The position numbers were made by a program, and so were the translations under genes. The notes under the pieces are model-generated. The model had not been told where the DNA came from. It was given only the letters and a program-made list of their open reading frames with translations, and did not search any database. A DNA stretch of 64,000 nt from Octopus sinensis (taxonomy: Eukaryota): NCBI RefSeq assembly GCF_006345805.1, contig NC_043026.1:12379579-12443578 (forward strand), in the 5' to 3' direction. Positions 63,264 through 64,000 of this stretch are shown here, one piece after another (the stretch's first letter is position 1; every line of letters starts with the position of its first letter).

Positions 63264-63751
63264 AATGCCTGATGACATTGAAGTTAAGGAACATACCTCA
63301 TCAATATTTATAAAAGCACCCACTACACTCACGGAGTGGTTGGCGTTAGGAAGGGCATCCAGCTGTAGAAACATTGCCAGGTAAGACCGGAGCCTGGTGC
63401 AGCCTTCTTGCTTCCCAGATCCCTGGTCGAACCGTCCAACCCATGCTGGCATGGAGAACGGACGTTAAACGATGATGATGATTGTCCTTTGAAAATTACA
63501 GGAAGATGTTTTAGACTTGCTTGTATGAATTAAAGGTAGAATTATTATGAAATGTTTTCTCTGACTGGAGATTCTTAGCAACATTTCTCTACTTCACTAT
63601 CTGGAATGTCTAGATAATGATTTTTGTATTCCAATTAACTTTGGAATACAAAAGAGTTAGCAGCATCTCGGATGAAGAAAATCACAGTTGATGGCTGAAT
63701 AAAATTTGTCAGGAATAAAATTTAAAGATGAAAATCAGCATTTGTCTATTG
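63264..63751 (+). other. 5' UTR part of the coding exon of a probable sixth ZNF gene whose CDS lies beyond the window
   Basis: Acceptor tttctttcag| at 63262-63263. 63590-63690 aligns by eye with the gene 5 UTR (cttcactatctgga...ggaatacaaaagagtt). Confidence 0.6.
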
Positions 63752-64000
63752 CAGTGCTTTTCAACATTTTTGCTGGAGCGGAACCCCAAGGAAACATTCC
63801 ACTGGCTCGAGGAGCCCCTGTGCAATAATTTAATAGTCTTATGCACACATATCTGCACAGGAGAATTAAAAATTACTGCCGATTTTAGCAGTTTTGGTAA
63901 CTTCTTGCGGAACCCCTGGACTGTACTGGCGGAACCCTGGTTGAAAACCACTGAGTTAGACACAGTCAGTTAGACACTAGTTAGACCAGTGCTTTTCAAT
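63752..64000 (-). mobile_element. Start of another hAT MITE multimer
   Basis: Unit 63752-63953, 33-bp spacer, next unit from 63987. Confidence 0.85.

Overview
AT-rich animal genomic DNA, most likely from an octopus or other coleoid cephalopod. This is inferred from the tRNA-derived SINE families, RTE/CR1 LINE remnants and clustered CDICGKSFS-type C2H2 genes; no search was run. The window is part of a tandem C2H2 zinc-finger gene cluster. It holds five apparently intact genes, each with the whole CDS in one exon (8-16 intact fingers), two gene fragments, and the 5' UTR of a probable sixth gene running off the right edge. Genes 2/3 and 4/5 are head-to-head. The paralogues share a ~40-aa N-terminal leader (MENELC...), a homologous splice acceptor, and a 5' UTR whose start looks like decayed coding sequence. 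Most intergenic DNA is transposon-derived: several SINE families, RTE and CR1 LINE ends, a mariner fragment, and hAT-, piggyBac- and Merlin-like MITEs. Two MITEs have amplified their left ends into satellites (19 x 147 bp and 8 x 71 bp). The strongest candidates for something new are a composite hAT element that seems to have carried off the 5' end of a ZNF gene, the fossil coding frame in the ZNF 5' UTRs, and an orphan 170-aa coiled-coil ORF with its own promoter-like motif and polyA signal. There is no CRISPR array, rRNA, or convincing true tRNA gene. Most short ORFs in the supplied track are shadows of repeats. Coordinates were counted by hand and may be off by a few bases.
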